Part shown: positions 9,027 through 20,700 of the stretch, in pieces
How positions within the stretch are numbered: the first letter of the stretch is position 1
How the letters are laid out: every line of letters begins with the position of its first letter
Virus record (IMG/VR): IMGVR_UViG_3300028591_000184
Coordinates: 9,046-73,045 of that record
Strand: one strand, 5' to 3'
DNA length: 64,000 nucleotides
Source: a virus
Taxonomy: Duplodnaviria > Caudoviricetes
Notes under the pieces: generated by a model
The model's database searches: none
Told to the model about the DNA's origin: nothing
Seen by the model: the letters and a program-made list of their open reading frames with translations, nothing else
Program-made: the position numbers and the translations under genes

Positions 9027-12000
9027 TCAATATTAAAGAATACCTTCATGATTTTCTTTATCACGCCCTCATAGTAGAAGCGTATCTCGCGGTAAAACAC
9101 AGGCTTAGTCCAGTCGACGTTTTCATATTCGCTGTCGTAGGCTACCCAGCTGCGGATGCCGTTGATTACGGACGTGTAGTCGCCCGGCTGTGACGCTCCG
9201 AGCCATACTTGGGTAAGAGCCGCGACATAGACGTAATTCTTCAGATAGTTATTGCCGAGCAGCCAGCTATTATAACCGTCGCTCTCGCGTATGAGCACCT
9301 CGCTCATCCACTTGTCGTCGCTGAACTGGCTTGCTTCCGACGAAACGTCGGCATCGAAGGTCTCCTGCTTCGTACTTTCCTCTCCTGTGTCTATATTCAC
9401 GGTCTTGAAGCTGTAGGTTCCCGAAGGAATGACAGGGTACAGGCCGACAGTAACAGGCGTATAGACATGGTAGCAATCTTCACCGGCGGAACTTTTTATG
9501 GAGGAATATCTACCAGCCACCGCACGGCATATCCACTCCATCATCGTCATGTCGTTAGGTTCGCCGGAGAAACCGGGCCCTGCGGGCGGGACTTCAACGA
9601 GCCGCTGTATGATGATTTCCGCATCCTGCGACTTGGTGTAGATGACACCCTGCGGTCCGAGGTCGTAGAGGAAGTGGCCTTCGCGGTCGTAATACCGCAT
9701 GACTACATTACCATCTACGATGCCGAAGCGTATCTGCTTCTGACTGGTCTCGGGGTTGAAGACGCTCAGTTCCGTTCCGCTCAAAACGAAACGTGGCGTG
9801 TCGGTTTCCCTGTCCGCACCCGATGGGAATGTCCGTATCTCGTTGCCCACCATGTCGATGTGAGGGTTGTCGGCGTCGGTGTCGTCAAGATGCATTCCAA
9901 CCTCTTCAAGGTCGCCGCGCTTGACGGAGAGGTTGATTTGGTCTCCAAGATTTTCAATGGCAGCTTCCACCGCTAATCCATTCCTGTCAAGCATCGCCGC
10001 CAGTGCATTGTCGAACGTCTTCCAAACGAACTCCCAACCTGCCGCACCAGCGGGAATGGTGTATAGGAAACTCTCAAATGTAAACCTCAGCTCATTATTA
10101 TACAGAGTCCAACTTTCTCCGATATGCTCGTTCTTTATCTGGTATGGCGGCACCGACGTATCATCGGAGTCTACGGCGTTGTTTAGATACATATAGAGTA
10201 TGTGCCATGCAGCAACGAGTTTCTTATATACCTCCGTACCAGCCATTACCATGCGCTCTGCAATGCTCATCGCACTCAGATAGTCGGCTTTCGCCTTGTT
10301 CCACCTGACGAGCACACCCTGTTTCTCCATGCCGCCCGTGATGATACCATCGGAAGCAACATTCTGTATCTTCGTAAGGGCAGCGACGGTATAGCGGTCG
10401 TCGGCACGCTCCCAAGCAAAGGTGGTGTTGTTGTTCTTCGCCGTGAAACGCCACGATGCACCGCCCTCGCTGGCAGGCTCTTCGTCGGTATCGAAGTAGA
10501 GGTCGCCGACGTGCGCCTTCTTTACGTCCACCGTTGTCCAATCCACGGCAGGGGCATTCTGAAGGGTCGGCTGGCCCGAACCGAACCATATACTGTGCTC
10601 CGACATTCCGTCGGACATATTGTTGACAATCTCCTCGTAGTTCTTGCCTGACTTACTCCTGAAGTCGCCCGTCATATCGTTGCCGTGCGGTGATATGATA
10701 CTGACGAGCTTCCCTTCAAGCGTGAAGCTGTCGATACCAGCATACTCAGCGAAGCACGGAGCCTTCACATTGTTCCATGTGTCGGGCGTGAAGCCGGAAG
10801 CAAGGATGATGGCCGACTGACGGATTGCACGCTCCGTATCTGTCACCACACCGCCGACGGTGGCATCCCATCCGAGAGCCACCACCTCATCGCCGGCATT
10901 GGCTACCATGGCGCCAAGTCCAGAAGCAGCATCCACCTCTATCCAGTGGTAGCTTCTCGTCGTACCGTCTGCACCAACCACGTCGATGGGCGTTTCCGAC
11001 GCACCGATGACGAGCTTCCACCAATACTTATTGGCGGCATCCGTACCGCCGGCCTCCAGCATGTGCGACTGCTGGCAGAGTACCTGGTCGCCGCGGCGGA
11101 ACTGATTACCCGTCCTGCGGCTGCCATCATCGGCCAGCCACAGCAGACGGACGTGTCCCTCCATGCCCGACGGATAGACGTGTCCCTCGATGTCGGTCGA
11201 AGGCACCCATTCGATAAGGCCTGACGTGCCTTGCTGGTGTATGCCCTCCGTGGGCAGCATCACCAAGTCCGTCTTCATGCGTGCATGGCTCAGCACCACC
11301 GTGCCGCCGACATGGCGTATCTCGTCGATGAGCAGTTCAAAGAACCGTGCCGAACCCGTGACCGTCAGGTCGTGCGTCGTCAGCGCACCGCCGATGGTGG
11401 CATCCCCCAATATCTCCAGTGCCCTCACCACGAGGTCGCGGAGAGAACCGTCACCCGTCGCCTCCAGTCCATACGACCCGCCGCTGCCGAGCTTCAGACC
11501 CTTCAGGAAGGTGAGCAAGCCCGACGCCGTGTCGTCGTTCAGCTTAGAGAGAAAATATGACCCACCGTAGGTGTTGATGAGAGCACGAACTTGCGCCACA
11601 GACAATCCACCTCCACCGCTGTTAATAAACGAGTCAATAGAATTGATTTTATTCTCTATTCGCTGTATCGAACCAACCTGCTTCTCATCACGAAGCGTAA
11701 CATCGTAGGTAGGTATATTGGCATTTCCATATTCTTTGATGGTCAGCTGGTCTATAAAGACAGACCCGTCAATGTGAAGGTCTTCATCGACGAACTGAAG
11801 AAGGTCGCCTTCTTTGATACTGTCATGCAAGGAACGAATGACCCCAGCAGATTGTAAAGCTAAGTCATGCTGACGAGCCATAAAAAGCTCGTCAATACGG
11901 GGGATATAGGTGTATCGGGTGTTCTCGTTCTTCTCAAGGAAACGAAGCGAATATGCAAGGAGTTTTGTGGCATTTGCTGCAATATAGGTGTCCGTCATTG

Positions 12001-13969
12001 GTATGCCAGTCAACACGAAGTGGTCATCCTTACGCACCTGATAAGGCTCTGTCGCCGAAGGTGTCTCACCGTGGCTGGCAGCATAAGAATAAGGGAAGTA
12101 GAGTTGAATGAGGTCATCGTAATCACGCTCACAGGTAACCTCCCAACGGCCGCCAGCCACACGCTTCGCTTCTTTGATAGCAAACGACCTGCCACCGCAA
12201 TGACCGTCACGCATGGAGATGGTAGGACTACCACCACCTTCCGTGCCCTGAGAGATAAGGTCGTCTAATAAGAAGTCGCTACCGAAGTCAGGGAGCGTAA
12301 GCTTGATGGTCGGAACATCATCACCATCTTCAAATACGCCGTTATCCTCAACCATTTCAGCTTCGTAGATAACATCGAAGCCTGTTCCTTCAATAGTAGG
12401 CTTTATCTCATCGGTATCGTCACTGCCGTCAAAAACCTTTGATGCTTCACGAATACCAAACTCCTTGTAGTTGACGGATAAGATAAACGGACGATATTGT
12501 TCTTTCGAGAAAAAGGCTTCATGCTCATCACCATCACAGTCTGTCCACTTGGCACGTCCGATACCATCTGAATTACTCTCGTCTTCAATGGCTGTTCCGC
12601 CATGCGCAAGCACCCAATCGTAAAGCGACTGGTTCGGGAAACCAGGAAGCATGAGGTTCGACACCGCCATGTTGTTCGGAAGATTGCTGGTGGCGTAGTC
12701 TTGGTGTTCAGAAGGAAACTTATCTTTACTGACACCGCCAACGAAATAAATGGTGTCATCAACAGCTATCGCTTCAGTGAAGGCGTTGATGGCTTCTTGG
12801 TTCGTTTCGTCACGGTCGTCATCGGCTTGAATGTATTCGCTGTAGAAACGACAGTTGTCAGAGTTATAGTCCTTTGAAACGTAACCCTTGACAGTAATAT
12901 TATTGGCTGTAACCCTGACAATATAATTTGGATAATCCTCGGAGCCGGGGTTTGTTACAGAACGCCTGGTGAAGCAGTCTTTGCGGAATGGCAGATTGAG
13001 AATGAGGTCTGCGAAGTGATAGCCTGTTGTTTTTGCATCATTCTTCGACTCGGTGACAGTCGCAAAAACCTGTTGGTTGAGTGTCGCATAATACCTGACA
13101 GGCATATTCTCCTTCGAGCCATACGCATACAGCTTCGTGAGAACCATCTGCTCTGTATCGGCAACACGCTCTATCTCGTATAGTCCTTTGTCCTTACCAT
13201 ACTTGAAAAGGTGACCAGTGGGAAGACCCGCCGAACCAATAACGACGGCACGTCCACGATTGACGAAGTTCAGACCAAAACCACTCTTAATAAGCGAGAG
13301 AGAGTCCCAAATGCTCTGACTGCTGACACTGACACTGACATCATGCTTCTCGTCTTTACTGTCAAAGATAGGGGTTGTGGGGGAACCGTACTCGCGGATG
13401 AATATCTCTCGCGCAACGTCTTCAAGACCGTCGACGGTTCTCGCACGCTGCATGGTGCGCTCATAATTGGGAGTTACAAACAACCAATAGTCACGACCAG
13501 AAAAACCATTCTCTTTACACCATCTGTTTGTATTTGCTTGAAGGCGGTCGCAATAGTCGTCGATACTGGAAGCGTAAAAAGGAAACTCTGGAAGCGAGGT
13601 GTAGTGAAGCTCGTTGTCGTCTAACACATAATCGAGGAAACGTATCTCGGTGAGCTCGTTGTGAAGGGCATTGAACTTGATGTTGTCGTAAGTGAACCCT
13701 TCACCGAAAGTACCCTTGCGAGCCTTCTTGATAACAGACGGATTGTAGTTGATGACGAATTTTTCACCACGATAGATGATGTAATCGCCAATCTCAAAGT
13801 CTACAGGAACGTGACATTTAACGGATAGGGTAACAAAACATTTATCCATCCATGAGCCATAATACTCAAGTTCGGGGGCTGTATACTCAGAAACACTTTC
13901 GTTGCTTCCGTCAAGCCACTCGACATTGCGCTCATTCCCTTCCTTGTCGTATATCTTCCACTTACTCAT
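9023..13969 (-). CDS. large tail tip/baseplate hub protein
   Basis: 1648 aa; follows TMP and the Dit-like gene; TKLYAYGSKENMP motif typical of tail hub proteins. Confidence 0.75.
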   Translation of the reverse strand: MSKWKIYDKEGNERNVEWLDGSNESVSEYTAPELEYYGSWMDKCFVTLSVKCHVPVDFEIGDYIIYRGEKFVINYNPSVIKKARKGTFGEGFTYDNIKFNALHNELTEIRFLDYVLDDNELHYTSLPEFPFYASSIDDYCDRLQANTNRWCKENGFSGRDYWLFVTPNYERTMQRARTVDGLEDVAREIFIREYGSPTTPIFDSKDEKHDVSVSVSSQSIWDSLSLIKSGFGLNFVNRGRAVVIGSAGLPTGHLFKYGKDKGLYEIERVADTEQMVLTKLYAYGSKENMPVRYYATLNQQVFATVTESKNDAKTTGYHFADLILNLPFRKDCFTRRSVTNPGSEDYPNYIVRVTANNITVKGYVSKDYNSDNCRFYSEYIQADDDRDETNQEAINAFTEAIAVDDTIYFVGGVSKDKFPSEHQDYATSNLPNNMAVSNLMLPGFPNQSLYDWVLAHGGTAIEDESNSDGIGRAKWTDCDGDEHEAFFSKEQYRPFILSVNYKEFGIREASKVFDGSDDTDEIKPTIEGTGFDVIYEAEMVEDNGVFEDGDDVPTIKLTLPDFGSDFLLDDLISQGTEGGGSPTISMRDGHCGGRSFAIKEAKRVAGGRWEVTCERDYDDLIQLYFPYSYAASHGETPSATEPYQVRKDDHFVLTGIPMTDTYIAANATKLLAYSLRFLEKNENTRYTYIPRIDELFMARQHDLALQSAGVIRSLHDSIKEGDLLQFVDEDLHIDGSVFIDQLTIKEYGNANIPTYDVTLRDEKQVGSIQRIENKINSIDSFINSGGGGLSVAQVRALINTYGGSYFLSKLNDDTASGLLTFLKGLKLGSGGSYGLEATGDGSLRDLVVRALEILGDATIGGALTTHDLTVTGSARFFELLIDEIRHVGGTVVLSHARMKTDLVMLPTEGIHQQGTSGLIEWVPSTDIEGHVYPSGMEGHVRLLWLADDGSRRTGNQFRRGDQVLCQQSHMLEAGGTDAANKYWWKLVIGASETPIDVVGADGTTRSYHWIEVDAASGLGAMVANAGDEVVALGWDATVGGVVTDTERAIRQSAIILASGFTPDTWNNVKAPCFAEYAGIDSFTLEGKLVSIISPHGNDMTGDFRSKSGKNYEEIVNNMSDGMSEHSIWFGSGQPTLQNAPAVDWTTVDVKKAHVGDLYFDTDEEPASEGGASWRFTAKNNNTTFAWERADDRYTVAALTKIQNVASDGIITGGMEKQGVLVRWNKAKADYLSAMSIAERMVMAGTEVYKKLVAAWHILYMYLNNAVDSDDTSVPPYQIKNEHIGESWTLYNNELRFTFESFLYTIPAGAAGWEFVWKTFDNALAAMLDRNGLAVEAAIENLGDQINLSVKRGDLEEVGMHLDDTDADNPHIDMVGNEIRTFPSGADRETDTPRFVLSGTELSVFNPETSQKQIRFGIVDGNVVMRYYDREGHFLYDLGPQGVIYTKSQDAEIIIQRLVEVPPAGPGFSGEPNDMTMMEWICRAVAGRYSSIKSSAGEDCYHVYTPVTVGLYPVIPSGTYSFKTVNIDTGEESTKQETFDADVSSEASQFSDDKWMSEVLIRESDGYNSWLLGNNYLKNYVYVAALTQVWLGASQPGDYTSVINGIRSWVAYDSEYENVDWTKPVFYREIRFYYEGVIKKIMKVFFNID

Positions 13970-13998
13970 TGTTCACCATTTTTATTGATGTTGTCATA

Positions 13999-14490
13999 TC
14001 ATGGCAACGTAACATCTGTCACAGGATCATTGACCTTAAACTTGATGGTGAAGACAAGAAACTCTTGCCCGTTCTCACTCTTCCATGTACCCTTATCGAA
14101 GGACTCAAGACGCACGTTCTGCCTTCCAATGCGAGTGTAAGATGAATATATCTTTAGCATCCCACTACGGAGATATTGGAGGAAATCACCAACACGCGCC
14201 CTTACATCATCAACCTGAGCCTTGCCGATGGCGGAACTCATCTTCTTACAGCCGAACTCAATATCAATCTCGTAACTTTCGAGATAAAGTCCACCTTCAC
14301 CGATGTATTCATCATCACCGTGTTCGTCATTCCAAGTACGCTTCGCAGGAGATTTAACCTTCGACATTGGAAGAAAGGGAATATCTTTACACCATATCCC
14401 CCATGTGCTGACTGACTCCTTCACTGGATATTCGCTGCCATTGCCGTCAGAGCCCATGCGCTGCAAGTAAAAGTTCTGCCACTTCTCCAT
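13999..14490 (-). CDS. distal tail (Dit)-like protein
   Basis: 163 aa; synteny between TMP and hub; own TATATTTG promoter at 14555-14562 (minus). Confidence 0.55.
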   Translation of the reverse strand: MEKWQNFYLQRMGSDGNGSEYPVKESVSTWGIWCKDIPFLPMSKVKSPAKRTWNDEHGDDEYIGEGGLYLESYEIDIEFGCKKMSSAIGKAQVDDVRARVGDFLQYLRSGMLKIYSSYTRIGRQNVRLESFDKGTWKSENGQEFLVFTIKFKVNDPVTDVTLP

Positions 14491-14657
14491 CTATGAAAAA
14501 AGTTTTTCGTTATCCTGAAATTATGCGTTGTTACACATCTGAAACTTTACCTTGCAAATATACGAATAAAATCCGTATAAAAATACAACATATTGGAATA
14601 TTTATTCATTTTAATAAAATTTTTAACATATTATTTGCTTTTCAATAATAATGTCTG

Positions 14658-14742
14658 TAACTTTGTCGAATAAAAGTCATATTCTGACTTTTAGTTGGTT
14701 AAATGATGGGCGGGTGTAGTGATACACACCGCCCATTTCTTT
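14658..14742 (+). ncRNA. short antisense transcription unit (promoter, hairpin, terminator)
   Basis: TTTG(14634)-N20-TAACTTTG(14658); AAAAGTCA/TGACTTTT hairpin; GC stem TGGGCGGGTGT/ACACACCGCCCA followed by TTTCTTT. Confidence 0.45.
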
Positions 14743-14752
14743 GTTAGGGGAA

Positions 14753-17700
14753 CTACTTTATCTGGAATGAGTTAGCACCAAGGATGTTCGAGTGCAACAC
14801 TTCGTATATCCTGTCAGCTGCATCGGCATTCCTACGAGTGTTTTCGGCTACCTGCTGAAGCTGTTGCAACTGAGCGCGTGCAATAACGGGCATCTCCGTC
14901 TGTGTCTGAACGGCGTTCAAAATGCCGACAAGTGTCATTCGATTTTCACTTACATCGCCACGAATGGCATTTACATAAGAGAGCAACAACCCTGTTTCTT
15001 GTTCAGTAAAACCTCCTTGTATCACTTTGGAAGAGGTCTTGCTTTCACTTCCTTTCTCAATCACACCCTTACCTTCAAGTTCATTGAGAACACCAGTGAT
15101 GACATCCGTCGTCACGTCGCCAACCTTTAGAAGGGCTTCGGTCAATCTCGGAATAAAATCCTCAGACAACTTTCCTTCTGTGTTGAACATTTCTTCACTA
15201 ATCATCTTGTCGATGCCGAGCGTATCAAAGGCCCTTTCCATGACCTTCTTGGTAAGAATGTTACTCGTCAGGTCTTTCATCAGTTCCTTCACCTTATCCT
15301 TATAGGCTTCGGCTGCATCTTCACCTTTTTCCCATGCACCGACGATAACTTCCGTCAGCTGCGATGCCCAAGAGTGAAGGTCGATGTCATAGAGAGCCTT
15401 CGCCATGTCAAGACCGAAATTCTTGATACTCTCGTCCATCTCCTTCAGCTGCTGCTCGTAATCTGCCAGCTTGTCCTTGTCGGACTTCTTCTTTGCCGCT
15501 TCGTCATCATACTGGCGTTGTATCTCTTCGCGTTGCTTCTGGAGGTTCTCGTACATCTCATTGTAACCACCTGTAGCATAGATACCGCCAAGGGCACTCT
15601 CTATTGCCGACTGTAGGTTTTGGTAGGCCGTCGTCAGTGACCTGACATTTCTCTCGCTCTCCTCGATTCTTCTCTGCAGCTTCTTGTCGTGCAACTTGGC
15701 GAAGGCTGTGACTGGGGATGTGAATATTCCGACTGTATGGCTAATAGCACCGCCGACGTCTCCACTCATCGCGCTCTTCAAAGCATTGGCGCTTTCGCTG
15801 ACGGGCGCGCCAAGCGCACCGATAGTGTCAGAGATGTCACTCCACTTATTTGCTGTATGTTCATGGCCGAGAGCGTCGAACATGTCACTCAGTTGCTGAG
15901 CGGACTGTTTCATTCCTTCGATGGCGCCTGTCACAAGTTCCATTACCGCAAGAATGTCATTTGCCTGCTGAAGCGACTCTTGCGTCCAACCAAGTTTCTT
16001 CTGCGCATCCCGAAGTTCTGTCTCGGCAAATTTCTTATTTGCCTGCGCTGAAATAAGACGCAACTGCGCAGCCTCTTTTTCTTTTTTCGTTGTGGCGTTC
16101 TGAATGGCACGGCGTTCCTTGTCGATTTTCTCTTGCTCCTTCTGAATGCGGATGGCTGCTGCTGCGGCTTTGCTATCGTAGACATTGCTTCTCTTTTCGA
16201 GCAACCCCCTCACACCTCCTGTCATCAGTGTCAGTGCGTCGCTCCTCACGCCGCGCATCTTCTGTAGCTGCTGGTCGATGTTCTTGATGCTCTTCAGGTA
16301 CTTGTCGGCGTTTATCTTGCCTTCTGCAAGTTGATTGACAAGGTTCTCCTTGATGCTCATGCCTACGGCTTCCGCTTCGTCTGCCGCCATAGCGAATATA
16401 GCAGAATAGAACTTCAGGTAAGGCTCGCTTTGTTCAAAGGCTTCAACCTGCAATTTGCCGAGGTCGCGTTCCTTTGCAATGACCCGTGGGTCGTTCGCTC
16501 CGTAGTTCCGCCTCAAATCGGCAAGTTCATTCTCGGTATTGGCAATCTTCTCCTCGATGGTCAGCAGCTTCTCGGTGGCAGTAGCGACTTCGTTAAGGCT
16601 GTCAGTCCAGTTCTTCCTAATGTCCTTCACTATCTCCAGATAGAGCTTCAAGGCAGCTGAGTCTTCGCCGAAAGCCTTCTTCGCAGACTCATCACTGGCA
16701 TCCCAGTCAGTGACAGGCTTACCAACCATCTCCTCCAATCGCTGACGCATACCGCGTGTCGCATCATCCCAAAGGACACCATCAGAGAAAGCATTCATCG
16801 CAAACTCCTTGTTCCCCGTCTTGTCAAGAAGACTCTTATACAGGTTCCACTGTGACGTGCGCTCCTGTATCTCCTTTTCTACGGCCTTCAGGTTCTTGTC
16901 GAGCTGTTCTTTTACAGTGTCGAGGTCAATGTCGGCCAATAGCTTACTGACACTCTGCTTATACTTCTTACGCTCAGTCGTATTCCCATTGATGGAGTCG
17001 CGGACTTCCTTTAAGACGTTTTGGTAGTCGTTGACAATACGGCTTCCGAGGTGTTGACCATCCTTACCTTTTAGGTCAGGGAACAAAGCCTCAAGTTTAA
17101 CCAGGGCTCCCTCTTTTCCGTAAGTCTTCGCATATTTCTTATACTCGCTGTAGAAAGTCTTTATCTCCTCAAAACGCTCTTTTACTTTCTTGAGCTGTTC
17201 GTCGGTCTTATTGCCGCCGTTTCTGTGTTTCTTTTTGTCATCTTCAACTGACAAGCCTGTGTCTAAATGAGCTTGGTCTATAGCTTCTACTTCACTCTTT
17301 GACTTAGTGAAATCACCAAAAACACTATCTATTAAACCTTTGAGTGTTGGGTGGTCATCAATGAATTTCTTTACAGCTGACAGGTCTGGCTTAATCTTCC
17401 AATAGGTCAGGATTGCACCCATACTATCCATCTTCTCCTGTGCTTTCTTGCGAGCCTCCTGAAGTTTCTTTTCAACGCTCTGCACAGAGTCGTCGGCACT
17501 CAGCTTTATGTTGATACCATGCTTGTCGAAATAAGCCTGCATATCAGCTTGCCATCCAGTCAGTTTCTCCTCTGCCTCGACGTTTTCTAAAGCTGCCTTT
17601 ATTTTAACTTGAATATCCTCTGGGAAAGACTCTATGAATTTTTGTTTAAGGTCTTCCTTTACCTCTTCTGGAACATTAAGGCTTGATAGCCACTGACGAA

Positions 17701-20700
17701 CACCTTCGGCGTACACCTTGAAGTCATCATCTCCCCATGTACTCATCTTATTCGCATCAAGACCGGCAATAAAGGAAGAATAGCTCTCAGCTGCCAATTT
17801 GACGTATTCAATATATTTTGGCATATCGCTCATCACTTCCTCGCGCGTAGCCTTTGTTTTTTCCATCGCCTCGATGTATTTCATAAGGGCCTCTGAAGAC
17901 TCGTAATACCGATCCTTCTCAATGGACGTTTCTTTGCTGTCCCATATCCAACGGGTTGGTTTAAGGGTGTTTTGGGCAAAACCGTATTGCTCTGCGGAAC
18001 TTAATTCTTTAAACAACTCAGACCAGTCCATGTCGCGCATCTTGCTCTCTAACCATTTCCCGTCTTCTTTTAACTTCTTCTCAAGCTCTTTTGTATAGAT
18101 GTCAGAGAATTTACCTGCAGAGTTACGAGCTACTTTCTCGTCAATGACTGCAGCACCATACTGCTCAATGTCCTTCTTCATGTTGTCGGAAAGAATACCT
18201 CCACCAACTCTGTTGGCGGCCTCTATATAGGCTTCAATAGAGGCTTTCATTTCTTCATAGCCCTTTGACAATTCTTTAGTCTTCCCATAGAGGATGGCAT
18301 ACTTTTTTTCCAGAGTGTCGGCAGCTTCAACCTCTTTCTGTATGCTTGAATAAGCACCAATATCCTTCAGGGCTTCCGTCATCTCTTTGACAGGTACAGC
18401 AAGGTCGTCTGGCTTTTTCTTGCTGAGAGAGTCGTATATGGACTTGATGTCACTCAGTTGGGCTGTCATCGACGAAGCGGTTTCTCCTGCAGCATCCCTT
18501 GCGGCATCCTTCTGTTGCGACCAACGGGAAAATATATCTACGACGGCTCCGATAGCAAGAAACGGTAGGAAAGACTTCATAGCCGCGCCGACGGCACGGA
18601 AACCTGAAGCCAACCCCATTAGGCCGACGCGAAGAACAGGGAACATAACACCTTGTGCCCGTAAGGTTGCCATCAGCCTCAACTGGGCAACCGTGAAGCG
18701 GCTGGTTGCCATCGCATTGCCGAGCATCGCCTTCGTTACCGTCCCACTTGAAGCCGCCTGAAGTAAGGTGGCTTCGCTGACACGCAACGTTGCGCCGGCA
18801 AGGCGGGCTTGCTCTACTGAGAGCCGACCTGAAGCTACGGCTCTTAATAGTTGCTCTCGCGTTATTGCTCCCTCTGTGGCTAACTGTTGAACTTGTGCAG
18901 CGGTATAGCTTTTCGTGTTCAACGCCAATACGCCCATCTGACGGGAGAGAGCAATCATTCCAGACTGATAGGCAGCGATAGATGCCTTTACAATACCAAA
19001 AGCACCCGCAGTAAATAAAATATCCGTTCCAAACCGATGCCACTCTTTTGCACCTGCCGTCAAAGCTTCGGCGATACCTTTCAATAGGTCACCAACACCA
19101 CTTTCTGCTATCTCGCCGTACATAATATCGAAGGCGTCGCGAAGGTTCTTGTATTTCGCATTCAAGGCCTCTGACATCACCTCCTGCGCATTGTAGAACA
19201 TACCGCCCTCGTCGGTGAGGTCCTGAAGCACCTTCTTGACTTCGTCATAGCCAATCTCCTTTTTCTTCGTGCGCTCTCTTACCTCCTTGGTGGTGATGCC
19301 GAGATTATCAGCCAGCTTCTGAAGCATCGGGACGTTACCCATCGCAAACTGACGGAGTGTATAACCGCTCAACGCTCCTTCCGAGCGAACGTGACCCAAA
19401 GCTAATGCAAGACGGCTGACTTCCGTTCCAGTGGCGGCTGATATGTCTGCAAGGCGTTTTGTCCAGTCAAAGAGTTCTTCGTATTCAAAACCATACGCTG
19501 TCAGCTGCTTCGACATCGTGTCAAGCTGAACGACACCAAACGGTGACTTTACAGCAAGGTCTTTAATCTTTCCAAAGACAACTTCCGCCTTGTCCATACT
19601 ACCGAGGATGGCACCGATACTCAGTCGTTGCTGCTCCAACAGACCACCAGTTTCGATGATGTTGTTTAGGAATGACCTCACCCCCCAAAGACTAAGGTAT
19701 TGGGTAGCCATCATCTGTAAGTCACCTAACAGGGCACCATGACCTCTAAGGGCTGACGATGCACTGTTGATACTCTCCATGAACTTTCGCTCACTATCCG
19801 TCAAGACGTTCACGGCTCTACTGTCATCAAGGACTTGTTGCCCATAAGCAATCAGAGGCGAATAGTTCGTTCCGCTTCCGAAAACCAGCAATCCAGAACC
19901 ATTCCGTCCTGTGAAACTTCCAAGGTTATCCATGACACCCTTGAGCGTAGTTATCTCACGGACTATATCGCGAAGGGCATTTCGGTATTGCTCCAACTGA
20001 GCGTCATCAAACGTACCCTTACCGTTCTTAATAAGACCTTGCAACTGTACGGCCTGCGTCTTCAACATCTCAAGACGCAAACGTACTACCTCACCAGCCT
20101 CCTTGTTAAGGTTACGCTGAGTTTCTGCGGAGGCCTGTGCCTGCTTGTGTGCTGCTTGCGTAGCACGCTCCTTCTGCGCCGTAGCCTGTGCCTGCGCTGC
20201 AGCCTCGTCGTTATATCGTTTGATAATAACTTCCCTCAGTCTCAAGAGCTCCTTTTCTCTTTCGGCCTGTGCAGCTAATTCTGCGTTTCTTGTATGCCAT
20301 GCGGCAGAATTGCCCTCTATTTCCGCACGTCTCTGCATGGCCTCGTTGTTCTCTCGTATCTTTTGTGCCTCCATTTCGAGACGATGCTGCCTCATAGCTA
20401 TAAGTTCATTGATACGACTCTCTGCCGCAGCCTCTTCGTTGACGGCTGCGGTTATATCTTTGCGGCGCTCTAACTGTGCAGCAAGTGCTTTCTCTGCGTT
20501 CCACTGACTATCACTCATTCCGCCAGCGTTAAGCATCCCTGATATCAGGTCTCTAATAGCAACACTAACGTTACGCATCAGACCTTTATACCCGCTGCCA
20601 AGCACGCCGTCAAGCGCACCCTTCTCGCCAAGAAACTGTCCTTTCAAAGCGTTCAGTTTACCAGAAATGCCGTCGAGCATAGACATTAGGAGTCTGGCAT

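Noticed and set aside
11898-11905. CGGGGGAT match to the loop of the 1712 RNA
   Set aside because: An 8-nt match inside a coding region (YIPRID) on the non-mRNA strand; expected by chance
3375-13969. Invertible tail-fibre shufflon
   Set aside because: No inverted duplicate fibre C-termini or flanking inverted repeats were seen
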